DNA of 64,000 nucleotides from Zancudomyces culisetae HAW-14-8 (Eukaryota > Fungi > Kickxellomycota): assembly GCA_052426225.1 (NCBI GenBank), contig JBNJNM010000011.1, positions 1,922,001 through 1,986,000 on the forward strand, given 5' to 3'. Below the pieces are notes generated by a model. That model did not search any database. It had not been told where the DNA came from and saw nothing but the letters and a program-made list of their open reading frames with translations. The position numbers were made by a program, and so were the translations under genes. How positions within the stretch are numbered: the first letter of the stretch is position 1; each line of letters starts with the position of its first letter. Positions 51,601-63,230 of this stretch are shown here, piece by piece.

Positions 51601-52051
51601 TATTTCCTGTCTTTCTCATTCCCAAACATAGCTCTATCACTTTTATCATAGAATCTCCCCTGATTTCTTTATAGTTAGTAACCAATGGAAGGATCGTCTG
51701 GATTATTTTGACCTGCACTTCCAATCCGTTCGCGCTTATTTCTGCAAGTTTCCCGACTAATTCGACGCTTTCCCCTCCCGGAATTGCCTTGATTCCAATC
51801 ATGTTTTGTAGACTTGCCAATGCCAAACATATTAGCTTGGGATTTTTCGTTCCACAAGTTAGATAAAAGGGTTTTGTTATTCCCTCATTTTTCGTCAAGA
51901 CCTCTGCAATGTCATGTGCATTTTTGCTATTGCTTTCCTGAATAAGTTTTATTAGTCTATCAGCCGCTTCTTTAATTTCGGGATGTTTCTTTCTGGTTTC
52001 TGTAGAGAGCCCTTGTAGCTCTTTTACTAAATACATGCTCGCTCCACTCAT
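45665..52051 (-). CDS. MON2: Mon2/Ysl2 Arf-GEF-like endosomal scaffold
   Basis: N-terminal ELQGLSTETRKKHPEIKEAA (DCB), VQVKIIQT, NTASATLRQ, LQLMVTDFL, DLNISLTAISLMWNVSD, DSRPEIRSS and WDETL. Confidence 0.92.
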   Translation of the reverse strand: MSGASMYLVKELQGLSTETRKKHPEIKEAADRLIKLIQESNSKNAHDIAEVLTKNEGITKPFYLTCGTKNPKLICLALASLQNMIGIKAIPGGESVELVGKLAEISANGLEVQVKIIQTILPLVTNYKEIRGDSMIKVIELCLGMRKTGNNSIVYNTASATLRQVIMIVFDRTKLKEIKTEGNGEDQEYDYTEDAIKIMTDMCLMASGEAGKYIKTEGDESELMLELLEGVINVQYDVLIDNESVGVVVREVLAPILIGSYSERHGFGVAVRQSRMMLRFIERLHKKYEMECEIFLSMIRRVAECNGEGNGETYQRESSESEEDEHKARLSMGLISKPIFYRVLAAEIIGTLLKDEKMITSLYETYDSKGKTSRVVHRMIKSIGKVVVENPEMCERSRVEQQQQQQQQQQQHRGGVGVTGKRREIYKRYIDMVDKSEEPVAGTDEMFELGMKILIGLAQILSRTILPISTRSVQVKSRRKEDKVESKRTLVLLDSKQTLGFIHDLVEKSHVEKLREIVESSWPEMLGGFSFLIRVIELEETQYIEVVKGIEDMAKVLGSIGQQKGSVLYLSILCKNSLPNMEISEHERTKNKYERSREKLNIKTETETETKDMDVDMEAGAKASKQSEALVSETVTRIQFGMNSKNMISLGAVANSAGFLGPVLGAGWYLVVVTLQQAEEILYQNIAQVMEEEQDNSGNVQQLYLQQQLATKKEFVEHELVISEIDFLFGLVSELDDEAFGWFVRALCLLNADLGGIPIRPKDKWAAERMRETLVLNKRMKATLNRTCFSITNLDYVAKRHMAKLLMCKAPTSNTDMDNTIAGDTQEETKATRLWEVFVYQLLDTSTYVYTPQQFRNMASETLSEAVLTAMSLIVKVANEESDQQSHKMLNSGDVQMQVLIPLREMLTCSQRHGVYGTFLGMQKLALSTLNQLLQANGQSIKEAWGIVFDILQSVVNNVQQRDALVKTALSNLQLMVTDFLGNLSNADISRCIETLGLYANTLTDLNISLTAISLMWNVSDHLSVNPDVQNQFLYLELLKALSKLAVDSRPEIRSSSIQIMYNTIEQSKLDSQNYLVVIREILYPMVQEILVKRALVLTQDWIQSQETDKLKGKDKDKDKGSKLEIGDSGLVQEDPRLLRLSSWDETLITVLNRTGMVVASSNAYQQEEGHDGDSRQLLITKMWAFVLAVSVGTASPAETIDVLYQYLTTDSLNSNVQSIDKDNTRTSVDEKSGLNLLTIDRNALQFVNKGIVDSVVGTSLRLLCELKHSHMQVCWDAVATLVELTCGSSITLPPQQRHSVVFSQEDYSQLVDQFPRFLQYLFAQSIEIRYFDALKHVFLLCGDLMSKTTKLQNSIVEALKAYFQHATTPAAFASAIDFLCYIIVTPFASSDQHAYQLPFISSTLEQCRLWMAADSVKPKPLTNPANIVAIAEQATTLLLQIIDLMDIMTGTSSTLSVSAGDLHLQPQATTILESLAEKNDYSLAQLRFVVCLTTQRYSSKIIKSLVIPLTMSHCLGDKMLPGFWRQNIAAFQKLVTVTFANLGDLYSVFSVPVLESNSNSNSNSNSNSNSNNNTNLIDEFFMLANYSLKLILFLTDHELATSDVFCPALGYASSMFGSASRRPAVVLRCPPPSCMTQSSPELFLNINDMYTSLLNNYILAVLTFLAQTSCDPNAELAASIDNDFTQQSHKQQTRQALGSILPSNSAPVSNAKSSSNNNRIPHHYLSQLNKTDLFPFNINSSSPPSLQHLNSFPATSTSSHPRFCNQSTFLFNVLFKTSKLLVGIYSHNHMCFVAKSIRLLGLHWLFVVSSEVPSSSSCLAYASAANINSTANQDTEDLCRFSSCVFHKPLLKVKSAIPTVSFWVSQISAQFLLKSIYLLMSTFVKYPPPSSSPAHPRSLLVANRDFALFSPVSIAELKFILLHLLKIDVRNNAFSFCLPTTSTTINSSPNQPDREKSKKSKIVSFSFSSQANNKTDSFFEQLKIYLLTGHHSIIYFCMDLLSDLMQKSIAHSNIAASSGTYGSFTPEYTSHSSRNNQHLRNSTSHKSTPSQLESVSISSTSIAPINSTNSPPSLDTKNDNYSTSTGSRTPDSHHNNTPSDIYDDDDADIYDIYELSKLCYDKIARIC

Positions 52052-53910
52052 CGTTGTTTTCCCACCTTGTCTCTATCTGCCTTTTTTTAAATTCTCGTTG
52101 TGATTTCTGGTCAATGTTCTTTTATCATCCAGGCTAAAAAATTAATTTTATTTCTAAATCCGAAATCTTTTGTCGATTATTTTTGCTCGTTTTTATTGTG
52201 CTAGAGGTGAAATTAGTTTTATAATTAATACAAGTTCAAGGTAATTGCTTTGTTTTGATGACTTTTACCTTACCCCCAACTATTTTACTTTTTCAAATAA
52301 CTAGTTGTTTTTGGGCTGACTAAATTTTTCCCCTTTATGGTATCTGTAGTATTGTCTAAAGATTATAGACAAAACCAAAAAAATAATATATCCTACTTGA
52401 GGTTGTAACGTCACTCACTTTTCTATCTAATTAAAGTATTAAACGTTATTCAGTGTTCTTGAACGTTTCACAAACATTTTTCTATTATTCGGTTGTTAAA
52501 ACCATCAAATTAAAAGGTTACGAATTATATCGTGCTGAAAGGAAAATGCAACAGGTGAATAATTCAAAGACAAAATGTTACCCAAAAATTTTGTTTTCTT
52601 TCCTCTGCATTTACCCTGGGCTTGCACTTGGAATGGGTAAATATGGCTACTTGGCTTTTTTTGCTCTTATAAATGATACACAAAATGGCTAAAGTCGTTA
52701 AAGGTATTCTGAAAATCATATCGTATTTTGAACCTCCTAATTCTAACAAGAAGAGCTACTAGTGAATAAAAAAAAGTTGTTAAAGCAGAGCAGCCTATAG
52801 AAAAAGCACGTTCGTGTGTAAGTATGTATAATATTAGTGTATTGGGTTAGACATCAGAATTGCCTGTTCATCTAGATCGCTTGTTTTTGCCCAATTGGTT
52901 TTGTATTCCCCCAATACAGATTAAGTAAATTGTTTTAATAGCCAATTGTGACAAGTTAGGTACGCGACTATCACTTGTTAAACTCGTGGTCTGATGTTTT
53001 ATTGATTGTAGCAAATGTTCTTTCACTTATTTCTTGAACTCGCTACACTTTACATATACAATTGAGGGTTAGTTATATTAACCATCAACGTTAAAGGAAA
53101 TCTTTGTTCAGTATAGTTCATATTGCCATATAAACATAGTTTAATAATTTGTGCAAGGGGAGTACTCATAATAACATTGAATTAGATAGTATAGGGTTAC
53201 AAGTGGTGCTTATTTTTTTTAAAAAGCTTGTTTGGTTAAATGTCCTTCCCAAAGGTATATTCGAGTTTAATGGAAGGTTAATATAACGAAATACTAATTA
53301 AACATTTTTCTAAATGACCTAGATTCCTGCATTTGATAATGGCCAGCAAATGTAAAACTTAAAATACAAATGACACTCAATACTCCAGGCCCAACAATTG
53401 AACCAATGACTTATTTCATTTTACCAAAAATTACATTTAGGTATCAATAATGAAGCCCTGCTAGTGCTGTAGTCTCGGTAGAGATCATGAATGCATTTTA
53501 TATTCTAGTGCGACTTTATTTGGGATGAGATATACAAAAATTAAATTAGCATGCAAGTTAGTATTCTTATATTTATACTAGTTGTTCTCATTCAGTAACA
53601 TTGAAATTTGATTGCTCTTTCATTATCTTTTACTTTTCTAGAAGGTTTGAGAGAAATGTTTAATGATTGGTAGCTTAAAACCTAACATACTAGAATATAG
53701 CGGTCGCATGGCTAGAAACGAAAGGAATCTTCACTGCTAAAATCCATTTACTAATCTGAAATGTTATGAAACTAGAAAATAAAGAGACCAATCTGAAACA
53801 AGTGGCAGTATTATTACCTGTCAAAGTATAATGATATCAATCAGTATATAAAAACGATTGCCAAGAAATGAAATGCTAAAGTATACAAAATTAGCCATAT
53901 TAAACTAACT

Positions 53911-55545
53911 TTAGAAAGAATCGTCATCGCCACCACTCAACACACCCAAATCATCTACACTAGTTCCTGCCCCAACCTCACAGACCGGTGGCTCAGTAGA
54001 TAATATGACCACAGACTCAAAGGGCTTCAATGTGAGGTACAAAGACAGCAAGGAATCTACCGAATCTATATAAAATCCTACAAACATACAAGGGTCAATC
54101 CTGCTTATATGAGTTTTCTTCATTTCCGAGCACCTATATGAAGCAACATCGGCTGAATTATATTCGCTATAGCTATTTCGCCTATTTATTTTTGGCTTGT
54201 TGAAGTGGGGATCCAGATATACTAAATCGTCGCCTTCAAACCCAATGAAATATAGCGCTGACGAGGGTTTTCCACCAGCAATTCCTACACACAATTTTGA
54301 TGACAAACACGTTTTGATAAATCTGAAATAAATCGGGTTTACTCGATCAATACCCAGCCTTGTAGCTACTAAAATCAGTGTAGGTTCCATTTTCATCTTT
54401 TGCTCTGGTTGTCTTTTAAACAGCTCTTCCATAGTAACTCCTTCTTCAAGAGTAACCAGATCCTGTACCTGGATTATTCCATCTGAAGTGACGTATGTTC
54501 GGGGTGAAAACTTTGGATCCGAGTCCGCCAGTTGTTTGAGTACGTTGGCAGTTCCAAATGGCCCATACCACTCTCCGGCGTGCTTTCCTTGGCTTTTTCC
54601 TGCTTGAGCCATGTTGTAGATCGAGTATATACCTTTTTCATTCGTATCATCGATAAACCTTTCCAAAATCTACACCAAGTACAAACATTGGGTCAGCTAC
54701 TTGGTTTTTCAATAACAACTAATCATCCTCGTTATAGTTTCACCACATTAAACTTACCTGTAAATATTTATACCGTTTATCAGCATTCTCCCATGAAAAA
54801 TGCCAATCTATACGTGTGGAATCAAATCATCTTAAGATTGTAGATTTTCATTTTGAGTTCGTCAACCTTATATCCAATAACGCCCACTCATACAATACAC
54901 GTGATACAATAAAACTCCTTTGACTATAGTGAATAATATACCTCTACCAGAATGATGATGTTGAAGTGCCTGAGCCATAAGTGACTGCCCTGCCCTCAAC
55001 ATACATCCCCAACCCGCGTCAGTAGTAAAAAAACCTTCGCCATTTTCTTCCTTCCTTCTAGACTCGCAGTTGTATCGGTATGTACACCATATAAAGCTCT
55101 CTATTTCGGTTTTGAGCTTTTCTGGGTAGTTCTCGAGTCCTGAATTGAGTCCTATGATTTTCGCCATCTTTTTCGTTGGTGTTTCCGCCCCCTTGCTCCC
55201 TTTGGCTCTTTCGCGCTCTATCCCGTCGACTGTTTCTTCCATTTCACCAACGTTAGCGTTCGTATTGGAATTTGCATCTGCGCCTTCCTTTCCGCTCTTT
55301 TTCTCCCGCTTGTACTCATTCCCAAGTATTATAACAAAATCTATTATTTTTTTATTGTAGTTCTTTTTAGACTCCATTTACTAGTTTTTATTCTATTTTT
55401 AAATCAGATGAAAAGAATCAAGGATGAATTCCATACCTGGATATGTCCCAAAGTACCGTCCATCAAGTATAGCACTGATGTTTTCTGCCGTATAGTTGTA
55501 ATATTCCCTCAATGTGTTTGACACTTTGACTTTTATGTTACCCAT
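53911..55545 (-). CDS. ATG4: Autophagy cysteine protease Atg4, multi-exon (start approximate)
   Basis: [26 protein letters not shown] (catalytic Cys), [29 protein letters not shown] and IDPCM. Confidence 0.93.
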
Positions 55546-57827
55546 ATCATTTGAAAATCCTAATTTTAGCGTGGTTTTCTTGTAAATCTACATATTCTGC
55601 CTTTACCAATAAGGTAGCAGATATATATATACATTACCTGCTTTCAGCTTTTTGTCAGCATCCACATCTCCCTCAGCGCGAAGTTCGCTTGCCTTGTGGT
55701 CATCTCTGTTTTGACTACCTTCCTCATTCATCTTGGATGACCCATAAATTGGTAGCTTCTTTGTGCAATTCTATACTAATATACCAATGATGTCGATTAT
55801 CAGTAGGTTAAGGTGGGTGGAAAACCAGGTCTATTTATTTTTTCTTGTTTTTTTTTCTCAGGGTTCATTTTAAATTCGCGGCGATTTGAGCATAGAGAAA
55901 AAAATGACAATGTCACGCAAATTTCCAGATCTCGTGACTTTTTACTCGCCAACAAAGCAGCACTCAAAATAGGTCCGACAAAATATATCTTTGACTTTTT
56001 TTTGCCGGTTGGAGCGGTTACTATTTATACTCATATGTGCTGTTTTTTTTAGCTAAACTTTATAGTTTACAAATATTAATAACATGAACAAACGGGAAAG
56101 TGTATGTGTAAATTAGCCTGGGATAATTATTTTTATTACTATATAGAGTGGCGTAAGTTTAAGCAGAAAGGGCAAGCATGAGGTTTAACAACTTTACATC
56201 ATATTCTGTTGACACGTACCCATTCATCACTTTTATTACATAAAGTTGTGTTACAATACTGAGGAATCGATCCAACTTTTTAAAAACGCATTCAACCTCA
56301 TCTTAGCCAATACATAGCCACACTGACACACTGACATAATGTACATGTATACTATCTCATATCACAAAGAGCTACCAAGTCTATTTTTACACCAAACATA
56401 CTAAATAATAGCTGGAGCTAAATAAAGCAATATAATTACACACAGAAGAAATATCCCAATTCTGGCTGACTAGACTATAAAGTGCGCCTACAGCTTCACT
56501 AAAACCAGTTTGTTATCACACATTCGGTTCTATGGGCTTTATATTTCTTTTGTTGTTTTTTTACTGATAAATTAAATAAGTCTCTGTAGCAAAGCAACAA
56601 AAACAGTGGATTAATTTACTACTAGCAACATCTAGCAGTAATTCAGTATTGTCGATTTTTATCATAAAAAACGCCACCATGTCTCTTAACTTTGATCGAA
56701 CTACCAATTAATAATTGTATTGGATATTACAAGATGTGGTGGTAGAGTTGCTGTTACCCAGATTTACCCAAAAAGGTACTCAGACTCCGAAAATCCCACG
56801 TGAACGGATATCAGTCAACACTACTCATTTAATTTATCACCTCTTCCACAACCATAACGCTTCCAAGTGTTAACAATAAATTAGTTTTCCGCCATGCTAC
56901 CTGAAATTAGCAAACGTAAATTTGAAAATGTAGTAATGGTTTAGATTTTTTCTGGAAAAAGCTTTGATTTCATCCTTTAGACTGACCTGTAAATTGTGGA
57001 TTATGTATCAAGTTAGGCAATATGTTGTAGCCTTTCTAACTTGAGAAAAGCTTCAAACTTTGTAACCCACCTACTCTAAATGCATTTTTACAAAATCTTT
57101 CACATTTTATTCAGCTTGTTTACGTGAAAAATATTTCAATTTATATTCATAGATATTTTGTCATTATCAGTAACTTTTCGCTAATTCCAAACACAATTTT
57201 GGGCGTGTGATAATCAAACCATTAGGAAATATCTCAATCCAACAATAAATTTCATAGTTGGTTTAATTCTTGATTCCACTTAGCACGGCCAAACTTTCAA
57301 ATAGCAGTTGACCGTAGTAAAAAATAATTGGCGTAAAGGCAACAAATTGAAACTGATTAGTAAGCACAAAAAATTAAGCTTGTGAAAAAACGGCCTTAGT
57401 TTTCCTAAGTGACTCTTTGTTCGTTTCGGTTTTTCAACGGATTATCTAGTTTCTTACTACAAAAAGAATAATAGGCAGTGATTTTCACATTGATCCGCAT
57501 TTTTAGCAAGTAATATCGTATTAGTTAGTGATGACTTGACTCAATTTTTGGCTAAAGTTGCAACAATCTATAAATCACTCTTGTCTGATAGTGGTTGAAC
57601 CAGAAAATTTTTTTTTCTGATAACACAGATTCCTTCAACCTTATATCAAGTAATAACCCTTTCGACTTTGTAAATAAAGCCAATTTAATTCATTAATTTA
57701 TAGCAGATAAGCATAGAGAAAGCGGAGAAAAGTTCTAGTATGATACTCGATACTTACTAAAAAGACACTTTGTGCAACAGTTCAGCTTATTAAGACTATT
57801 TTCTAGTTAAAGTGACATAAATATACA

Positions 57828-59165
57828 ATGGCCGCTTTCAATGAAAAGACTACATACCAGCTCAGGAAAGAAGGCAGCTCTGTTTGCATTTCCCCCAAAC
57901 CAACCCACCACAACGAAAATGATGTCGAGTTAAATCAAAAAAACGATCAGGCCTTTACAAAAGATGGGGGGTATTCCTGGGCAATACTGGCTTCAGGTTT
58001 CTTGATATATTTTGTAACATTTGGGGGTTTTAATACACTTGGGGTTTTTCAAGCGTATTATCTAAAGGTAATGTTTGTGCACGATGATGCAAGTAAGATT
58101 GCATGGATAGGAACTACAACATCAACATGCTCCCTTTTCTTTGGGATAATAGCAGGTCCAATAATGCGATATATTGGAATCAAGAGGACTGTCTTGGTAG
58201 GTATGATATTGAGTGTATTAGGATATATGTTGGCTTCGTTTTCTACGGAAATATGGCAATTGGCGTTGACAATGGGAGCTATTACAGGCATTGGTGCTGC
58301 ATTAGAAGCAAATTGTGCTATAACAGCAGTATCTCTATGGTTCAACAAGAAAAGGTCACTTGCAATGAATTTAATGTTTATGGGAGGAAGTATAGGTGGA
58401 GTTATTATGGTTCCTATAGCATCAGCATCTATTAGAAACATCGGATTTTCATGGACAGCACGAATTTTAGGATTTATAAATATTTTTGGTGGAGGAATCG
58501 CGTATTTGCTTATGAAAGGGCCACCAGGGTTTAAACCTACAAAAAAGATTGTTGATATAAAGATGATCAGTGATAAATATCTATTATTAAACTTGGGGAT
58601 TGCAATCTGTACGCAGGCAGGGTTCACAACAATTAATATGTATTTTCCCTCAAGTTTGCTTGACTTGGGTGTGTCTCCATCAATAGCTTATAATATGGCG
58701 ATGATTATCTGTGGTTTTTTAACAATTTGCAGAATAATTTACGGGCTGATCACAGATAGGGTTGGACCAGTTAACATAATGATATTTACTAGTCTAGCAA
58801 TCACTATAGCCACTATGACCCTATGGTATCTAAGCTCTTCTGTAGTAACCGGTGTCATTTATGCGGCGTTTGCAGGGTGTTTTTCTACTGCTCCTTTTGG
58901 TCTTATTCCAATATTGCTTGCTAATAACTACAAACCAGATAAACTACCACAAGTAAACGGCCTTGTATATATATCATATGGGATTGCAAATCTTTGCGTT
59001 GGGCCTCTGCTTGGTCTTGTATTTGATAAAATTGGACACAAACGCAGCTATTCTGCACTGATAATAATTGCGGGCTGTGCTTATGCGCTATGCACTATAA
59101 TCACCGTGACACTGCGAATATATTCTAGGAGGAATATCCCAAAGTACAAGTCTGGTCCGATTTAG
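57828..59165 (+). CDS. MFS monocarboxylate-transporter family (Mch-like) permease
   Basis: DGGYSW motif, GVFQAYY, WFNKKRSLA, GLITDRVG; about 12 hydrophobic segments. Confidence 0.92.
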   Translation: MAAFNEKTTYQLRKEGSSVCISPKPTHHNENDVELNQKNDQAFTKDGGYSWAILASGFLIYFVTFGGFNTLGVFQAYYLKVMFVHDDASKIAWIGTTTSTCSLFFGIIAGPIMRYIGIKRTVLVGMILSVLGYMLASFSTEIWQLALTMGAITGIGAALEANCAITAVSLWFNKKRSLAMNLMFMGGSIGGVIMVPIASASIRNIGFSWTARILGFINIFGGGIAYLLMKGPPGFKPTKKIVDIKMISDKYLLLNLGIAICTQAGFTTINMYFPSSLLDLGVSPSIAYNMAMIICGFLTICRIIYGLITDRVGPVNIMIFTSLAITIATMTLWYLSSSVVTGVIYAAFAGCFSTAPFGLIPILLANNYKPDKLPQVNGLVYISYGIANLCVGPLLGLVFDKIGHKRSYSALIIIAGCAYALCTIITVTLRIYSRRNIPKYKSGPI

Positions 59166-60189
59166 GCTATTCAAATGTTTCTCGACATTCAATTTTATAA
59201 ATCCGGTTCAAAGTATACAGACAGAGTGGGTTTTGAAGTGATGGCTTGGTTAAACTGTTAAGAAGAAACAGGGAGGGCGTAAAGCATGGCGATTTCCAAA
59301 AATAAGGTAATCAGCAACCAGAGTTTAGCGTATACACATATTATAGCTACTTAATAATGCTAGTTATTCACGTTTGAATATAAGTTTTGTAATCGTTTTT
59401 GAATCAACAGTTACTAGAATCTTACGATTGGAGGGGTGCTAAAATAGTATATTTAAGTAAAGCATAAATGCTGTATCATTCAGGCTATACTATGGCCAAC
59501 TGATTTCAGAATTTACATTGAAAAGTAATGAATTGATTATTAATAATATACATGATGTTTCGGGCGTAGCAATTAAATAATAAATGCTTAAAGAAGTGTT
59601 ATTGGATTCAAGCACCATCTAGGCAGATATTCTTAATTATAGACGGTGTTGACGAGCTTGCTATTAAACCCGACACAAATCAATTTATACTAAAACTAAC
59701 GGAAGCGGAGAATATTGCATGTAGTAGCCACCTAAAATTGGTAGATGGTGTTAATAGTTTTAATTGTAGCCCAATCCAAAAATATTTTATTTACTCCACT
59801 ATTTCACAATACAGATTAAGCTCTAGATCGAACTTACTTTTTCAACCCTATCACAAATCTAGAATAAAATTTAATTATACACAAATTTCTGGCGGATAGT
59901 AGATTGGTAATAAGAAATAGAAATTCGGTAATTAATAATCTAGGCAAAATACAACGACCTTGCGATTTTGGGACAGTTTGGAGCTGATATGGTTCTGAAT
60001 AAAGAGGATAGGTCATTAATATTTATTATTCAGCTTCCAGATCAAAAACTAGACGGTAGTCAATTAGTCGGTAATACTATCTTCTCCAGAAATTGAACTA
60101 TGTTCTAAAAAAAGTCTAAATATTTTAAGTGGAGTGTTTAGAGCTACTAACAGGGTAGACTTGTATAACAAAGAAACAGCTAGAAAAAG

Positions 60190-60197
60190 TATAAATA
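60190..60197 (+). promoter_or_regulatory. Putative TATA box
   Basis: TATAAATA ~100 nt upstream of the ATG at 60288. Confidence 0.5.
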
Positions 60198-60287
60198 CAG
60201 GCTCACAAACTTTCATATGTTCTCAATATAGAAGAATAAAAAAATTCTTGGATCTCAAAGAACTCAGCACACCAAATAATTTAAAAG

Positions 60288-61046
60288 ATGGTTAAACAAT
60301 CACTAGTACTTTCAGCCTTTGGACTTGCATCGATTCTTGCCTACTCACCGGAATATAATGAAAATTACGATTCAAACTATGCCAAGGAGGTTGTGTACGA
60401 AAATGTCGAATACCAACCGAAAAATATGTACTATGACATGAACGCAAGAAGAGTTCGCAGAGCACGCGGAGCACCAGCACCAGCTCCTGAACCTGCGCCA
60501 GCTCCTGAACCAGCACCAGAACCAGCTCCAGGGCCATTATCGGCACAAGGGCTACCAAACGAGATGTACTATAACATGAACGCAAGAAGAGCTCGCAGAG
60601 CACGTGGAGCACCAGCTCCAGCACCAGCACCAGCACCAGCTCCTGAACCTGCGCCAGCTCCTGAGCCAGCTCCTGAACCAGCACCAGAACCAGCCCCAGG
60701 GCCATTATCGGCACAAGGGCTACCAAACGAGATGTACTATAACATGAACGCAAGAAGAGCTCGCAGAGCACGTGGAGCACCAGCACCAGCTCCAGCTCCT
60801 GAACCTGAACCAGCTCCTGAACCAGCACCAGAACCAGCCCCAGGGCCATTATCGGCACAAGGGCTACCAAACGAGATGTACTATAACATGAACGCAAGAA
60901 GAGCACGCAGAGCACGTGGAGCACCAGCTCCAGCTCCAGCACCAGCACCAGCTCCAGCACCAGCACCAGCACCAGCTCCTGAACCTGCGCCAGCTCCTGA
61001 ACCAGCTCCTGAACCAGAGCCAGCCCCAGGTTCAGGTTCAGCATAA
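60288..61046 (+). CDS. Secreted repeat polyprotein (KEP-like): four MYY(D/N)MNARR(V/A)RRAR-G(AP/EP)n units
   Basis: Signal peptide, acidic Tyr-rich pro-region, repeated polybasic RRARRAR sites and X-Pro tracts of variable length. Confidence 0.85.
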   Translation: MVKQSLVLSAFGLASILAYSPEYNENYDSNYAKEVVYENVEYQPKNMYYDMNARRVRRARGAPAPAPEPAPAPEPAPEPAPGPLSAQGLPNEMYYNMNARRARRARGAPAPAPAPAPAPEPAPAPEPAPEPAPEPAPGPLSAQGLPNEMYYNMNARRARRARGAPAPAPAPEPEPAPEPAPEPAPGPLSAQGLPNEMYYNMNARRARRARGAPAPAPAPAPAPAPAPAPAPEPAPAPEPAPEPEPAPGSGSA

Positions 61047-62371
61047 CTAGATTGTATGTACTTGATTTAATCAACTCGCGCCAATTTTTCATCATCAGTT
61101 TATAATTTTTATTTAATTTGTTTGAATTATCTACTTTTTGATACTATATAATTATTCCACTATATTAACTACAACCAAAATAGAGTAATAGTTTTAATTT
61201 ATTATTATCGTGTGAAGGTTAACCCACTTTAATATTTTATAAATATCAATTATAAAATAGCCTAAACGTTATTAGTTACTAATTTTTTCTAATTGTTGGT
61301 ACGAGACCTTTAATAAATAGCCACTATATTTGGTAAGCGTGATATACTATTTTTTTTCAATATCTAGATCGCAAAGCCGATTTTTTTGTTATTACAAAGA
61401 TAATTAAATCCGAGGTACTTACTGTAATTTCCTTTCTCATTTTTCATTTTAAGATAGTATATATCAAACAAATTTAAAAACTATTCGTATGCTCCATTTC
61501 ATTCAATTGTGCTTACTATCTATTTAAGTATTGTCAGTTATATAAATGAGTCTTAACACCAAATACAGAACTTAATTGAGATAACTGTTTGATTAGCTTC
61601 TATAGATTTAATTTGCAAGTTAATTGCCAGACACAACCGATTGAATCGCAGGTATCAATAATGATAAATTGCATTTGTTTATTATCAAAATATTTCAATA
61701 CTTATTGTATCTTGTAAAATGAAGTTAGTACTAGCGCAATTAGATGTTATGAAATTCCAGGATAATCAGAAAATTTATGGTTGGCGTATTCATACCAGAA
61801 TACGTGATTTTTGCTAGATTTACTGTTTCAATCATAATTCAGTTACTAAAATACTTTGTGTTGAATTCCTTTTAATCTTTTTTTATTATGTATCCATTGT
61901 TTCTAAGTACCTAAATAAAGTATAGACTTATAAAAATTTACTAACTTAAATAATACTTAGTTGTACCTATTTCTACTGTAGTTAAGAAAGAAGAGAATTT
62001 TAGTTGTATTATTTAGTAAAAGTTGTTTTAGATGACATATTCATAAGCCATTACATGTTGAACACTCAATATCATATATTTCTTAAAAGGGGGTATTTTA
62101 TAAAATAGTATCAAAGTTTGAAACAATGTTTTATATCAATTACTTGAACTTATATCGATATTTATCTATAGTACAAAATTAATGTACTTTAACATTTACT
62201 AGTATGCTAAATGATTAAGGCCAAGAGGTTAACTATCGCATTAATAGCTATTGTTTTTTTCCTATCCTCTTTAAAGTATAAAATATCGTCTTTAACAATT
62301 AAAATATACTTGAAATAATATACTGACAGTCGGACTCTACATTTTTAAAAAAATATTCAAATATAAAAGTC

Positions 62372-63230
62372 CTATATATATATTTCAAAAGATTCAAAAT
62401 GGATATTTGAAAGGTCTATTAGTATATTCTTTATTGAATCTATACTGACAAAATGCAATTCGTGGAAATACAAAGTAATGTTGAATGAGGTAAGTGAAAT
62501 CTCATTCTTTGTCAGGTTCTTCAATTGTAAAAACTTATGTTCCATGATATCCGCAAAGGGGTCGCGTGATTCTTCCGGATCGACTTCCATAGAAGTTGCT
62601 CCCGAACGATCACTATCAGATGAGTACCTGCCCTCATCCCTTTCTGACTGGATCCACCATGGGTCTTAGTTTACTCATGAAGCCTGACATTCTTTATGTG
62701 AGATTTTAATTGTTTCTAATATGTTTTAAACACTAAATATTCATTAACTGGCCGTAGACTATTCCAATTAAACTTGTTATGTATCCTAGACCTGGATTTT
62801 ATTTTAAATTATTATTTTTTAACTTTTTGATCTTTTCTTAAAACTATTAAAAGAGCTAAGGAATCTTCATTGAGACCGCCTTTGTTTATATATAACTACT
62901 TCAATTTAACTAAGAATAGCTATATTTAATTAACCTATGTAGCATTCTTTCTCTACTGTGTTCTTGCCTGTTGTTTCGTTTTTACAATCGTTTTGATATT
63001 CAGTTTATTCTTATATTTGTAGCTTATTTACTAACTAATAATCATTGTAATATTATTTTTCATTATATAATTTTGATGTATTAAAATATAATTGGAATAA
63101 CTTGATAATTGTTTAGTTATTAGTGATAGACTTGGTATATAATTCAGTTGCTAGTTTATGTAGTACATAAATTATTTATTTGAAATTTTGAATCCCGATC
63201 TACATATGAATACACTCGACAATATCTTCT
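62372..63230 (-). mobile_element. Degenerate interspersed repeat / pseudogenised ORF, copy 2
   Basis: From 62690 it reads MSGFMSKLRPMVDPVRKG, then a frameshift, then DEGRYSSDSDRSGATSMEVDPEESRDPFADIM. Homologous to 37977-38130, with upstream similarity as well. Confidence 0.65.

Noticed and set aside
57828-61046. MFS transporter plus repeat precursor as a RiPP gene cluster
   Set aside because: No modifying enzyme (DUF3328, oxidase, peptidase) lies in the window, and the precursor has its own signal peptide; adjacency alone is insufficient
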